The notes under the pieces: generated by a model
What the model was told of the DNA's origin: nothing
Seen by the model: the letters and a program-made list of their open reading frames with translations, nothing else
Database searches by the model: none
Shown here: positions 1 to 10,296 of the stretch, piece by piece
Layout: the number at the start of each line of letters is the position of its first letter
How positions within the stretch are numbered: position 1 is the first letter of the stretch
Program-made: the position numbers and the translations under genes
Virus record (IMG/VR): IMGVR_UViG_3300031857_000029
Length of the DNA: 64,000 nucleotides
Strand: one strand, 5' to 3'
Source: a virus

Positions 1-9
1 AGAATCACC

Positions 10-303
10 ATGAGTTGTTTCTTTTGCGGTTCGTCCGTGTCCGCAGATGCAGATACACGGGCAGTTCTTTGTTCACGGTGCACTTCCCGACTCGCGGGAA
101 CACCGACAGAGATAAACAAATTTCCCAAAAGGGAGGTTAGTATGACTGACATTGTTGCTAAGCAGACCAAGGCCCCGAAGGCCGCGAAGACCACCAAGCC
201 GACCGCCGGTTTCGGTCGTGGGTGGCATCTTCGGAAGGAGTTTACCGCTCCGAATGGTGACCGCTATAGCTTCGGTAAGCTCATCACTGTCGAGCAGAAG
301 TAA
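10..303 (+). CDS. Zn-ribbon hypothetical protein, paralogue of 50162..50530
   Basis: CxxC...CxxC then RGW motif; followed by promoter/hairpin. Confidence 0.7.
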   Translation: MSCFFCGSSVSADADTRAVLCSRCTSRLAGTPTEINKFPKREVSMTDIVAKQTKAPKAAKTTKPTAGFGRGWHLRKEFTAPNGDRYSFGKLITVEQK

Positions 304-306
304 GAC

Positions 307-370
307 TTGACATTTTGGAAAACTCCGTTATATTTATGGTACCCAACCCTCTAAATATAGCGGAGTTTTT
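307..370 (+). promoter_or_regulatory. sigma70-like promoter overlapping an inverted repeat
   Basis: TTGACA 307-312, TATATT 329-334; AAAACTCCG...CGGAGTTTT inverted repeat. Confidence 0.55.
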
Positions 371-373
371 TCA

Positions 374-538
374 ATGGAATTCGTACAAGAGATAGTCGGT
401 GAACTACCTCTTTCAGAATTCCGGTCTGTGGCTCAGAAGGTCTTTTTAGGAAACTGGAATGTTGAGTTGTACTACGAAGCGATGGGACTTGATTGGGATG
501 ATGAAGTGGTGGAAAACGAAAACGACAACCTGAATTAA
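374..538 (+). CDS. small acidic hypothetical protein (54 aa)
   Basis: GGAG RBS, ATG..TAA read by hand (MEFVQEIVGELPLSEF...). Confidence 0.55.
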   Translation: MEFVQEIVGELPLSEFRSVAQKVFLGNWNVELYYEAMGLDWDDEVVENENDNLN

Positions 539-552
539 GGTTGTCGTTTTTC
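518..552. terminator. bidirectional intrinsic terminator
   Basis: AAAACGACAACC / GGTTGTCGTTTT hairpin between convergent genes. Confidence 0.75.
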
Positions 553-553
553 T

Positions 554-2644
554 TTATAGTATCTTTTCTAGTTCTTTGATGACCATATCTGCGGTAATCT
601 CACGGGAACATTCGAATTGTCTCAGAGTTCCTTTATGATCTGGGCACCAGTTCCAATCGCCTGGGTCAAACTTATGTCGGTTCCAACATCCAGAACATTT
701 TCCTTTTGGTGCAGATATTCTGATACAATCCTGCATCTCATTGAATGGTTCGGTGAACCCACTTATCATCACGGTTGGTGTTCCCACCGCCCAACTTACC
801 CAGCTCAATCCACTACTGATACCTATGAATGCCTTTGACCTCTTTAATTCTTCTATAACTTTATCAATAGGTGACCTTGGAAATTGTTCTACCCCAGCAG
901 GATTTCGGTTTCCCATATATCCATCTTCTTCTTGGGACAGTAGTTTTACGGTATAACCTCGTTCTTTCAACCAGTTTACTACTTCTTGCCACCCAAATGG
1001 ATTATTCCAGTATTTAGATTGGGCAGTAGAGTGTGTGGCTATGGTCACTAACTTGGAATCTGTATTATCTATGTCGGGTTGTTTTACTTTTGGTTGTATT
1101 TCTTTGTATTCTAATCCCAATATATCTGATGCTATTTGCTGTAAAGAAACACTTATCGGGTTGGTTGGGTGTTTATCGCTGTCAAAAGTATTACCTGTAT
1201 GAAATAATCCAATTACGTACATAGCCATAAGATTATGAGCTGTCTCACCTGGGGTGACAAATGTAATTTCTGGATATTCTGATATGAACAAGTCATTCCA
1301 GAAGGTAGAGCATATTACTTCGCAATTATGTTTCTTTCTAAATTCATCTACATAAGGAATCCAGGCAAAAGTATCTCCTAAAGATTTAGAATCCAAAGCA
1401 ATATATACCCGATTTCCTTTTAATTCTAAATTATATGCCATTGACTGTCCCGTATTCTTTTCGGTAATTTCTACGCGCCAATCAACATAATATTTTATAT
1501 TTGGTTTTGCCCAAGAATTACGAGTCAACTCGGTGTTATAAACCACAGTATCGGTTTTCTTATCAATAAACTTTACGGAATATTTTATATCTTGTCCGCC
1601 AAGGATTTCAGCAAACATTCCATTTATACAATTGAAATTAAACTTTCTCACCTGTGACTTCTTTAGTATTGGTGTATTCTTATAGTGATTTATTAATTGT
1701 TTTTTCATAGAAGGTAACTCATTTGTTGTATAGATAGATACTAACTCTTTTGTTCTGTTGTACCAATCTAATAGTTCTGCATGTTTTCTGGCAGAAGTCG
1801 TATATGCCGTGTAATTCTCTATAACACGCTGTATCCCCTGCACAACCGCACCTACTTCCGCCTCTACAATTTCCATACCATCTAAACTATTGTTCTGCTC
1901 AAATGTTCCCACCACTGGTAATCCGCAAGACAAAGCTTCTACCAATGTTAAGTTTGGATGTCCTGCTTCCAACTGAGAAGGATGTAGAAATATACTATGG
2001 TTACGATATACTGTCAATAGTTCTTCTTCTGACAAGTCATATAGAATAGTTAGTTTATCGTATGTTGGTGGATTCTTCTCAAAATAATTTTTATTGTTAG
2101 ATGGACCAGCGATTGTGATTGGGAGTCCCAATCTCTGTGCTGCTTCTATAGCAATACCAAATCCTTTACGGTCAATTGATTGGTCATACGCATACCCATT
2201 ATTAGCCACACATAATAATTTATGAATAGGTCTAGTATCTGGTCCAGAGAAATATAAAGTGTCTACTCCGTGAGAGAAATACTCTGGGATTCCCTCAAAA
2301 TAATCTACAAGGTATTTTGCAGGAACAAACGATTTTATAGAACCCCGCATGGCCTGTAAGTTTTCTTTATATACTGGAGAATCTTTTCCATATAGATACG
2401 CATGGTGGTCGTGAAATGTAAAATAGTAGGGTATACCAACCTCTTGTAGTTCTAATGCTAAATTTGCAATGTGAACATGTACAACATCATGCTCCCCGTG
2501 TTTTACTTCACTTCTATATAATATACGAGATTCGTGATTTAGATTTAATAAGTTCTTATGGGTTTCCCAAATAATCTTTTCTACCGCACCCCACCCATTC
2601 GGAGGAATAGGTATAAGTCCAGGCGTTACATTTACTATTCGCAT
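554..2644 (-). CDS. GT4 glycosyltransferase fused to autotransporter strand-loop-strand O-heptosyltransferase (Aah/TibC-like) domain
   Basis: N-terminal GT-B (GWGAVEK, EALSCGLPVV); C-terminal SLGDTFAWIPY, STAQSKYWNNP, FIGISSGLSWVSWAVG, ISGF and CxxCWN...WCP...FECS iron-finger-type cysteines. Confidence 0.85.
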   Translation of the reverse strand: MRIVNVTPGLIPIPPNGWGAVEKIIWETHKNLLNLNHESRILYRSEVKHGEHDVVHVHIANLALELQEVGIPYYFTFHDHHAYLYGKDSPVYKENLQAMRGSIKSFVPAKYLVDYFEGIPEYFSHGVDTLYFSGPDTRPIHKLLCVANNGYAYDQSIDRKGFGIAIEAAQRLGLPITIAGPSNNKNYFEKNPPTYDKLTILYDLSEEELLTVYRNHSIFLHPSQLEAGHPNLTLVEALSCGLPVVGTFEQNNSLDGMEIVEAEVGAVVQGIQRVIENYTAYTTSARKHAELLDWYNRTKELVSIYTTNELPSMKKQLINHYKNTPILKKSQVRKFNFNCINGMFAEILGGQDIKYSVKFIDKKTDTVVYNTELTRNSWAKPNIKYYVDWRVEITEKNTGQSMAYNLELKGNRVYIALDSKSLGDTFAWIPYVDEFRKKHNCEVICSTFWNDLFISEYPEITFVTPGETAHNLMAMYVIGLFHTGNTFDSDKHPTNPISVSLQQIASDILGLEYKEIQPKVKQPDIDNTDSKLVTIATHSTAQSKYWNNPFGWQEVVNWLKERGYTVKLLSQEEDGYMGNRNPAGVEQFPRSPIDKVIEELKRSKAFIGISSGLSWVSWAVGTPTVMISGFTEPFNEMQDCIRISAPKGKCSGCWNRHKFDPGDWNWCPDHKGTLRQFECSREITADMVIKELEKIL

Positions 2645-3462
2645 AGTAGGTAGTCCAATACTTCGTTTGTGGATTTTTCTTCCTTAAACCCGTGATATAA
2701 TAGAACTTTACTAGAGTCATGTATATACTCCCAATCAGCTCCAGTTTCGTCTAAATTCTTTCCAAGTCGCGTGTCAGCTACAGCAGACTCTTCAGTTAAT
2801 TTAACAGTATTGATGTCGTGAGTGTTTACGAATATAAATCCTAAACTCTCAGTACCTCCGCGTTTCCAAATACAAACATTAAATGAAGTTTCATCGTGAA
2901 ATGGGTAATACCACTTGCGTCTAGAAATTAGATACTCATTCTTACACATAGAAGTGTATTCTTCAAAGAACTCTTGACAGTTTCTATTGAATACATAGAA
3001 GCACGACCACTGGTATCGCACAGACTTATCTTCTACATTAAAATACTTCATTAATAGCTTTTCATTGTACTCTTGGTAGTTACTTCCATCGGCGTCACGT
3101 GACCAAATAAACGGTAATTCGTGTGGTCCGAACACTCCCAACGCATAGTTGTGATTATGTTTTAGTTTATGAAAGTCCATCCGATGAGAGAAGAGTATGT
3201 CTGTATCTGTGAAGATGAAGTCTTGCTCATCTGGAAACATTTTCATTACATCTAACGACAATTCTGCCTTGTAATAATGGAATGTAGGATAGTTTCTTTC
3301 TGGAATCGGTACTTTTATTAAGTTTTTAGTTTCAAAGGAACTAATGAATCCTATCGTAAAATACACTACTTTAATATCATCGGTCAGATGTGGTTTCATT
3401 GACTTGATACAAGTAATTGCCTGATGTTCGCAAACTTTATTTGTATATAAAAATATAACCAT
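2635..3462 (-). CDS. putative GT-A (GT8-like) glycosyltransferase
   Basis: FTDTD DxD motif, HDETSFN, C-terminal YHG; inside the GT operon. Confidence 0.65.
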   Translation of the reverse strand: MVIFLYTNKVCEHQAITCIKSMKPHLTDDIKVVYFTIGFISSFETKNLIKVPIPERNYPTFHYYKAELSLDVMKMFPDEQDFIFTDTDILFSHRMDFHKLKHNHNYALGVFGPHELPFIWSRDADGSNYQEYNEKLLMKYFNVEDKSVRYQWSCFYVFNRNCQEFFEEYTSMCKNEYLISRRKWYYPFHDETSFNVCIWKRGGTESLGFIFVNTHDINTVKLTEESAVADTRLGKNLDETGADWEYIHDSSKVLLYHGFKEEKSTNEVLDYLLCE

Positions 3463-3463
3463 T

Positions 3464-5440
3464 TTACTTTACCTTAGTTGCGAATATACATTCACTTGTT
3501 CCTGCTGCTTCAAATTGATTTGGCTTAAACTCTTCTACCGTGTATCCCATTAATTTTATTTTATTTAACATCGTAGTATATTTTTGTTTGTAATCCTTTT
3601 CGAAGAAATGGCATTCTAAGAAAATATTATTTACATTTTTAAAAACCGATGGGTCTGCGTGTAAGATGATATCGTATTCCGCTCCTTCGATATCAATCTT
3701 CAATAAGTCTATTTCACCGTATGTACTGGTCAATTGCTCTAATGTTACAGTAGGAACTATCTCGGTCACATTACCCTTTACTCCAGCCATATGTGATTCC
3801 AGTCTATCAGGAGATAAGGTACTACTGATAACTGGATTATCTGGTGAATGGTAGAATGTGATTGGCTCTGGTGAATGGTGTAGTGCCTTTGCCAAAACAG
3901 TAACCGTAGTATTATGTTTAAAGTTTCTTTGTAAGTCTTTCAATGCTTTCTTGTCACATTCAATCGCAACAATCTTCTTGGCAAAATCATTCATTAACAT
4001 ATATGAACTGAATACGCCTACATTTGCACCAGCGTCAACAACGGTTTTATATGGCTTGTTTAACCACTTACCGTATTTTTGGTGAACAAAGTATTCTAAG
4101 AAATTAAATTGGTATGGGACAGAATTACTGAGGGTCAGTGTAGGCAAGTTAACATATGTGTGTACATATGGATGCTCATACAACTGCTCTCCCGTTTCGT
4201 TGTTATAAATGCAAAGCTTAACCCCCATAAAGTTAGGGTCATGTTCATATGAATGTACATGCTTATCAACCGGACGCATCCAATATTCAATATATGGTGC
4301 TAAGGAATCCATTACCGATGACCAGAGTACCGCATTAGATTTATATTCTTTTAATGAAATTAATATTGGAAAATCTATTGGTTGGTCTACCGAATAATAT
4401 ATTTGTTGTTCTTGTAGACTCCATCGAGATGTAAACTTATGATTTGATTTCATTTTTATAGAGGGTGTGGGTACATAGTCTTTTACTAACTTTTCTGCAA
4501 TACGATATGCATTCTTCTGCAAATCTTCTGTAAGATACTCAATTGTTTCGTATTTGTCAAAGTATCCCATATAAACTGGAAGATTGTAAATCAATGACGG
4601 CACCTTCCACCCTAATGATTCTCGGATGACAAGGGGCATAGTTTCCATATCAGTTGCGTGACCACGGGAGGTAAATAGGAATAAGTCTGCGGCTTCATAA
4701 AAGTTATCCACATCTGTCCGTTCATTCCACCACTTACAGTTTGATGGAAAGTCTTTCATCAGTGGTCCCCAATAGAATTTGAAGTTGTCAGCTTGATTCC
4801 CAATGAAATGGAACTGAATCGGGTAATTTTGTAACACCCGTGCATATTCAATAATCTCCGCTTGGTTCTTACGGGGAGTAAACAATCCTACATTAATTAC
4901 ATGCTTAAGATTGGGGTCCAGTCCAAGGTCACGAAGTGCTTGTTCTCTGGTCTTGGTTCTGACTTTATTCTCAATAGGATATTCGACCACATCGCATGGG
5001 ATGTCAAACTTTTTATATAGGTTTTCTTGATACTTACTCACCATCAAGAACTTATCTGGCAAATACACTTTGTTGTCTGTATTATATCCAGAATCGTGTG
5101 AGGTTTCTATAATAGAATAGTTTCTATCGGATGAATACAGTTTATCTGCCACATCTCCTTGCATGAACAGTTCGGGGATTTCTTGTAGATGAATAATGTC
5201 TGGCTGAATTTTCTTAATTACATCGAAAAGTTCATGCTTATTTTCCCCAAGGGTAATCAATCGGTCACCTAATAGATTGACTACTTTGTTACGCTGGACA
5301 ACAAGAACCCCACCTGTCACATTACCCCATTCAACACAATAGACCTCACAATCATCCTTAATGAGTTCTATTTGTTTGACGAGGTATTGGGGCATTCCGC
5401 CCGTTGACAGATGGGGTGCAATAAAAACCACTTTTTTCAT
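3464..5440 (-). CDS. GT4 glycosyltransferase fused to FkbM-family methyltransferase
   Basis: HLSTGGMPQY, RKNQ, ETMPLVIRE (GT4); VVDAGANVG and LLKIDIEGAEY (FkbM). Confidence 0.85.
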   Translation of the reverse strand: MKKVVFIAPHLSTGGMPQYLVKQIELIKDDCEVYCVEWGNVTGGVLVVQRNKVVNLLGDRLITLGENKHELFDVIKKIQPDIIHLQEIPELFMQGDVADKLYSSDRNYSIIETSHDSGYNTDNKVYLPDKFLMVSKYQENLYKKFDIPCDVVEYPIENKVRTKTREQALRDLGLDPNLKHVINVGLFTPRKNQAEIIEYARVLQNYPIQFHFIGNQADNFKFYWGPLMKDFPSNCKWWNERTDVDNFYEAADLFLFTSRGHATDMETMPLVIRESLGWKVPSLIYNLPVYMGYFDKYETIEYLTEDLQKNAYRIAEKLVKDYVPTPSIKMKSNHKFTSRWSLQEQQIYYSVDQPIDFPILISLKEYKSNAVLWSSVMDSLAPYIEYWMRPVDKHVHSYEHDPNFMGVKLCIYNNETGEQLYEHPYVHTYVNLPTLTLSNSVPYQFNFLEYFVHQKYGKWLNKPYKTVVDAGANVGVFSSYMLMNDFAKKIVAIECDKKALKDLQRNFKHNTTVTVLAKALHHSPEPITFYHSPDNPVISSTLSPDRLESHMAGVKGNVTEIVPTVTLEQLTSTYGEIDLLKIDIEGAEYDIILHADPSVFKNVNNIFLECHFFEKDYKQKYTTMLNKIKLMGYTVEEFKPNQFEAAGTSECIFATKVK

Positions 5441-5472
5441 ATGTATAAAACCTTTAATTAAAAGTTAATATG

Positions 5473-6726
5473 TTATGGGCATGTACCAGTTGATACAACA
5501 GCGCCACCGTCCCAACTAATATAACCAACGCCACTTGGACCGCCTGGATCTCTGTAATATCCGGCCGATGCGTAAGTACCAGTTTTGTTACTGAATAATT
5601 GTAGTGTTCCTGCTATGGTACCTGCTCCATCGTTATAGAACACCGTAGTAGTTGTTGCAGCACATACTTCGTTGGTTGTAGCATACGGACCAATACCCGT
5701 AATAGCATATACTCTGATTATTTGTACTGCGTTTTCTAAATTATTAGTAACAACTGTACTAGTGTGCGCAGGTATGGTTGCATCTCTGAACTGTACACTA
5801 CTTTCTATATTGTACTGTGCTCCCGGCCACGACAAACTGTACAAATTTGCAGTAAGACTTGCACTGTAATATGGAAGGTTGTTTGTCGGACTAAGTGGTG
5901 GGTCCGTCACGGTCACATTTATTGTATCAATAGTTACAAGATTATCTGACCGTATTGTTTTGAAATACAGTAATGCGTCTCCTGCTCTATCTGACAAAAA
6001 TTCAGGAGTCCATTGAAGTACTACATACAATGGGTCACCTGCTTCTAAGAAAATTTTGGGAGGATTATCATTATTTGCTACCGGGAACTTATAAGTAAAA
6101 GTTTGTGGTTGACCCGGCGTAAAGTCATCCCACGCAAAATAATTTAAATCCACATCATGCCAAAGACCATGTAGTGTGCGACCCGGATTCGTTCCTAATC
6201 TGGTATACGGACTACCATCTTCAGTAAATGGTGGGGCTATCGGTGTTAGTCCACTTTTAGTTTTTTTAATAGAGGTTAAAACATTGTTAAGTGCATCACC
6301 TGCTTCGGTATACAAAGTATCACTAATGGTGCCGCCGTCGGCGGGTGAAGCTGCGGTTAAGTTACCATCATCAGTAAAGATTGATGAGGTTGGTCTTGTT
6401 CTAAAATCCGCAGGATACGCTACTCCTGGAATTGCCGTAGTTTTGTATACATTCGTCCACGACAAGTTTCCACCACCACGTGTAATGTTGTTTACATTAC
6501 CGGCGGTATTTGATTGTGGAATGATTGGACCTTGTGTCGGGTCTTTATTAACACCGTCGAGTTGTGCTTGCATGGCATTTGACAAAGCTTCTCGCTTTGT
6601 CACCAAAACCGCATTCGATGATGTAGTGGACCCAATAACTCTTCTTTCAAAAAAGTTTGCTGTTGAGGCTGTTCCTCCTAATGTGGCCTCAACTCCGTGG
6701 TCAAATCGTGCATAATATCTAGCCAT
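5473..6726 (-). CDS. hypothetical virion-associated protein
   Basis: 417 aa Thr/Gly-rich ORF preceded by late-type motif. Confidence 0.65.
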   Translation of the reverse strand: MARYYARFDHGVEATLGGTASTANFFERRVIGSTTSSNAVLVTKREALSNAMQAQLDGVNKDPTQGPIIPQSNTAGNVNNITRGGGNLSWTNVYKTTAIPGVAYPADFRTRPTSSIFTDDGNLTAASPADGGTISDTLYTEAGDALNNVLTSIKKTKSGLTPIAPPFTEDGSPYTRLGTNPGRTLHGLWHDVDLNYFAWDDFTPGQPQTFTYKFPVANNDNPPKIFLEAGDPLYVVLQWTPEFLSDRAGDALLYFKTIRSDNLVTIDTINVTVTDPPLSPTNNLPYYSASLTANLYSLSWPGAQYNIESSVQFRDATIPAHTSTVVTNNLENAVQIIRVYAITGIGPYATTNEVCAATTTTVFYNDGAGTIAGTLQLFSNKTGTYASAGYYRDPGGPSGVGYISWDGGAVVSTGTCP

Positions 6727-6800
6727 ATTGAATACTCTCTGTATTAATTATTAATTATAATACTTCTATAAATATCTGTCAAGTGTACATTTGTATTTGT

Positions 6801-7334
6801 TTAACATGCTGATGTATCGCAAAAACCATTACAGCATGCACCAGAACAACAGGTTGAACCATCAATACAAGCGTCCCCCAGCGGAGAACACAGCGTACAG
6901 ATTTCAGTCGCAGTTATAGTACCATTAGTAAAGGTATAACAAGTTTGTCCAGAGAATGTACCACCAGAACATGCGGTTGGAGGAATAAACTTAGTGTTTA
7001 TCAAGGTAGTACATACATTATCGCCCGTATAATATAATGAATTAAAACTATATACTGAAACGTTGCAACTTACTGCACCATTACATATATTATAACAAGT
7101 GTCCCCAGTTTTACCATCTGCAAAGAACGAAGCCTTTTTACTGTGGTCGTAACTCCACCATTCACTTATTGCATCTGGATTGGTTGGTGTTGGATATGGA
7201 TTTTCACAGTTTTGAATTGGACTAAAAAACCCATCCGCTGCGCGACCAATATCAAAACCAGGCTGTGAAGGCACACCAAGTTCTATTCTTATTTGATTAA
7301 AACTAATTAAATTCCCAGTACTTGGTAATACCAT
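6801..7334 (-). CDS. Cys-rich putative fibre tip/adhesin-associated protein
   Basis: N-terminus LPSTGNLISFNQIRIELG resembles phage fibre-accessory proteins; Cys-rich C-terminus; directly follows the fibre gene. Confidence 0.6.
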   Translation of the reverse strand: MVLPSTGNLISFNQIRIELGVPSQPGFDIGRAADGFFSPIQNCENPYPTPTNPDAISEWWSYDHSKKASFFADGKTGDTCYNICNGAVSCNVSVYSFNSLYYTGDNVCTTLINTKFIPPTACSGGTFSGQTCYTFTNGTITATEICTLCSPLGDACIDGSTCCSGACCNGFCDTSAC

Positions 7335-7337
7335 AAC

Positions 7338-10121
7338 CTAGTCCGTCCCTAATTTCTTCTTCAATTCATCAATTTGTTTTTGTTGTTCTTTGATTGCTTC
7401 AATCAGTAATCCAACTATATTGCCATAGGCAACGGAATATTGGTCAATATCTTTTGCATAACTAACCACTTCTGGAATCACTTTCAATGTTTCTTGTGCG
7501 ATTACACCGATACCTCGTTTGTCTTTATCCTTCCAATCAAAGTATACACCACGAAGTTCCATTACTTTCTTTAATGCATCTTGAATAGTTACAATATTTT
7601 TCTTTGCTCGTTCATCAGAATACGCGGTGATATTGTCGGTTCCATAGATTTCGCCGTTCACGTGAAGTGGGTACGATGGAGCACCGCCGATACCCAATCG
7701 ACTATTGGCACTATCCCATCGTAGATTTGCGTAGCTGGTTAACGTAGTTGCTCCAGAGAAAACTGCTACACGGTCTGCCGTACCACCACTAATCGTTCCT
7801 GCGCCGGAAGTACCAGCGGTCCCCGATACTCCCGATGTGCCGGATGACCCGCTGGTTCCGTTGGCACCATTTGCTCCAGAAGTACCAGAACTGCCACTCG
7901 TACCATTTGCTCCAGATGTTCCTGAGCTACCCGATGACCCAGGCGCACCATTGTTACCAGATGTTCCTGATGAGCCACTTGATCCTGGTGCGCCATTGTT
8001 ACCAGAGGTACCAGAGGTACCAGAACTGCCGGATGAACCAGGCGCTCCATTATTTCCTGAGGTACCTGAACTACCTGTTCCTCCACTTGTACCGGATGTT
8101 CCTCCACTACCAGACACACCTGGGAGTCCCATAGCACCATCTCTACCAGATGAACCCGATGAACCCGAGGTGCCTGATGTTCCTGTAGAACCACTACTTC
8201 CAGATGTTCCCGATGTACCAGAACTTCCGCTTGTTCCTGCCGTTCCACTACTTCCTGCGGTTCCCGATGTTCCCGCACTTCCCGATGTGCCTGATGTTCC
8301 TGCCGAACCACTGGTGCCAGTTGTTCCAGAACTTCCGCTTGTTCCCGTTGTTCCAGAACTTCCACTTGTGCCCGTAGTTCCTGAACTACCCGAAGTGCCG
8401 CTAGTACCACTACTTCCGCTTGTTCCATTTTGACCAGATGTGCCTGAGCTTCCATTTTGCCCTGATGTACCGGCACTTCCGCTTGTTCCTGTTGAACCTG
8501 AACTGCCTGAAGTTCCCGTGCTACCGCTTGAGCCAGATGTTCCACTTGTTCCTGAACTACCGTTTATGCCAGATGTTCCAGAACTTCCGCCGCCACCTGT
8601 TGGACCCGGTAATCCCATTGCCCCATCGCGGCCAGAACTGCCAGAAGTACCTGATGTTCCACTTGTGCCCGCGGACCCAGATGTACCAGCAGTGCCACTT
8701 GTTCCAGAACTACCAGAAGTTCCAGTTGAGCCTGAACTACCAGCTGTGCCAGAAGACCCAGATGAACCTGAGGTACCTTGGACTCCAGATGTTCCAGAAC
8801 TACCATCAAAATAGTTAACGTTTTTTATCGGTGTGTATCCAGATGAACCCGCAGTGCCAGAACTACCGGCGGTCCCCGATGTTCCACTGGTTCCTGCTGT
8901 ACCGGATGTACCCACAGGTAGTTGTGCAACAATTAATAAAACATTTTCATCATTTGAGAATGAATATGTTGATTGAACTAATACTATTGGGAATGTCCAG
9001 TACGCATTGGGTCCAGTTTCTACACCAGTCCCCACCGTCCATTTTTGAAAATTACTTGAATTGTCCGCATCTTGTATTACTATCAACGACCCTGATGGGA
9101 TGATAGCTAAGAAAATATCTATATCTTCATTATTTTGGTCTAAATGGCTTACGACAAGTTCCGTAGCTGATGCTTGTGTAGCGTTGTTCCAGAGGATATG
9201 ACCACTACCAGGATTACCTGATGTTGCATTTGTGTTTGCTTGATATGGGAACAAGTCATTGGACTGTCCGTCTTTACCACTAGTTCCAGCTGTACCAGAT
9301 GTGCCCCCACTACCCGACACGCCGGGTAACCCCATAGCACCATCACGACCTGAGCTGCCTGATGACCCCGATGTTCCTGCGCTACCAGAAGTACCCGAGC
9401 TACCAGAGGTACCTGAAGTTCCTGAACTACCTCCAGTACCAGATGACCCCGAAGTACCAGAACTTCCAGTAGTTCCAGAAGTACCAGAAGTACCATTTAT
9501 GCCAGAGGAGCCTGACGAGCCAGCGGTACCAGCGGTTCCACCACCGCCGACTGGGCCTGGAAGCCCCATTGCGCCGTCACGGCCGGAACTACCCGATGTT
9601 CCTGTACTTCCAGAAGTACCAGATGTACCATCTCGTCCAGAAGAACCCGATGTACCCGGATTACCTTGATTACCTTGTATACCAGGAAGACCCATTGCTC
9701 CATCTCTTCCACTTGAGCCTGAGGTTCCTGCCGTTCCTGCCGTTCCAGATGTACCATCTGCTCCAGATGTACCAGAACTACCACCGCCACCTACTGGACC
9801 TGGAAGCCCCATAGCTCCATCTCTACCAGAACTACCTGATGAACCTGATGAACCTGGTGCTCCGTTTGCGCCACTAGTACCGCTGGTACCAAATGTTTCT
9901 CCACTAGTTCCACTACTACCCGCAGAAGAACCGCCGCCTACACCAGCGATTAGATATCCACCGGGTTTATTGTCGCCGGCGTGTAATCGAATAACTCCAA
10001 ATCCACTTGCTGTTGTGGATTCTATATCCGCAGTAAGAACGCCAGGCAATCCAACATACGCAGCGTTAGACCCTGACGTTCCTCGTAATATCTGAAATTC
10101 TGTGATATTATTATTTGGCAT
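7338..10121 (-). CDS. collagen-like (Gly-X-Y, Ser/Thr-rich) tail fibre with C-terminal peptidase S74 intramolecular chaperone
   Basis: Long GSS/GTS/GTA triplet runs; C-terminal SDERAKKNI...GVIAQE...LLIEAIKEQQKQIDEL. Confidence 0.85.
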   Translation of the reverse strand: MPNNNITEFQILRGTSGSNAAYVGLPGVLTADIESTTASGFGVIRLHAGDNKPGGYLIAGVGGGSSAGSSGTSGETFGTSGTSGANGAPGSSGSSGSSGRDGAMGLPGPVGGGGSSGTSGADGTSGTAGTAGTSGSSGRDGAMGLPGIQGNQGNPGTSGSSGRDGTSGTSGSTGTSGSSGRDGAMGLPGPVGGGGTAGTAGSSGSSGINGTSGTSGTTGSSGTSGSSGTGGSSGTSGTSGSSGTSGSAGTSGSSGSSGRDGAMGLPGVSGSGGTSGTAGTSGKDGQSNDLFPYQANTNATSGNPGSGHILWNNATQASATELVVSHLDQNNEDIDIFLAIIPSGSLIVIQDADNSSNFQKWTVGTGVETGPNAYWTFPIVLVQSTYSFSNDENVLLIVAQLPVGTSGTAGTSGTSGTAGSSGTAGSSGYTPIKNVNYFDGSSGTSGVQGTSGSSGSSGTAGSSGSTGTSGSSGTSGTAGTSGSAGTSGTSGTSGSSGRDGAMGLPGPTGGGGSSGTSGINGSSGTSGTSGSSGSTGTSGSSGSTGTSGSAGTSGQNGSSGTSGQNGTSGSSGTSGTSGSSGTTGTSGSSGTTGTSGSSGTTGTSGSAGTSGTSGSAGTSGTAGSSGTAGTSGSSGTSGTSGSSGSTGTSGTSGSSGSSGRDGAMGLPGVSGSGGTSGTSGGTGSSGTSGNNGAPGSSGSSGTSGTSGNNGAPGSSGSSGTSGNNGAPGSSGSSGTSGANGTSGSSGTSGANGANGTSGSSGTSGVSGTAGTSGAGTISGGTADRVAVFSGATTLTSYANLRWDSANSRLGIGGAPSYPLHVNGEIYGTDNITAYSDERAKKNIVTIQDALKKVMELRGVYFDWKDKDKRGIGVIAQETLKVIPEVVSYAKDIDQYSVAYGNIVGLLIEAIKEQQKQIDELKKKLGTD

Positions 10122-10209
10122 AGATTCCTAATAAATCGTTATAAAATACACTCCCTATAAATATCTGATTATAACGGGTTTATCCAATTATTACCCTATT
10201 ACGGACCAA

Positions 10210-10232
10210 AATCTTAATGAAATCTTAATGTT
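10210..10232 (+). promoter_or_regulatory. 23-bp tandem-repeat operator copy 1
   Basis: AATCTTAATGAAATCTTAATGTT, identical to 14211-14233 and reverse complement of 25728-25750. Confidence 0.75.
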
Positions 10233-10296
10233 CATGCACTTTACTTTTTCTTCTATTATAGTAGATTTATAGTATACCTCTTAACCACGGGATTTT

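Noticed and set aside
7766-9814. Pro/Val/Glu-repeat ORFs in other frames
   Set aside because: Frame and strand shadows of the Gly-Ser-Thr repeats of the fibre
7338-10121. Diversity-generating retroelement target
   Set aside because: No reverse transcriptase and no template/variable repeat pair with adenine-specific differences seen in the window
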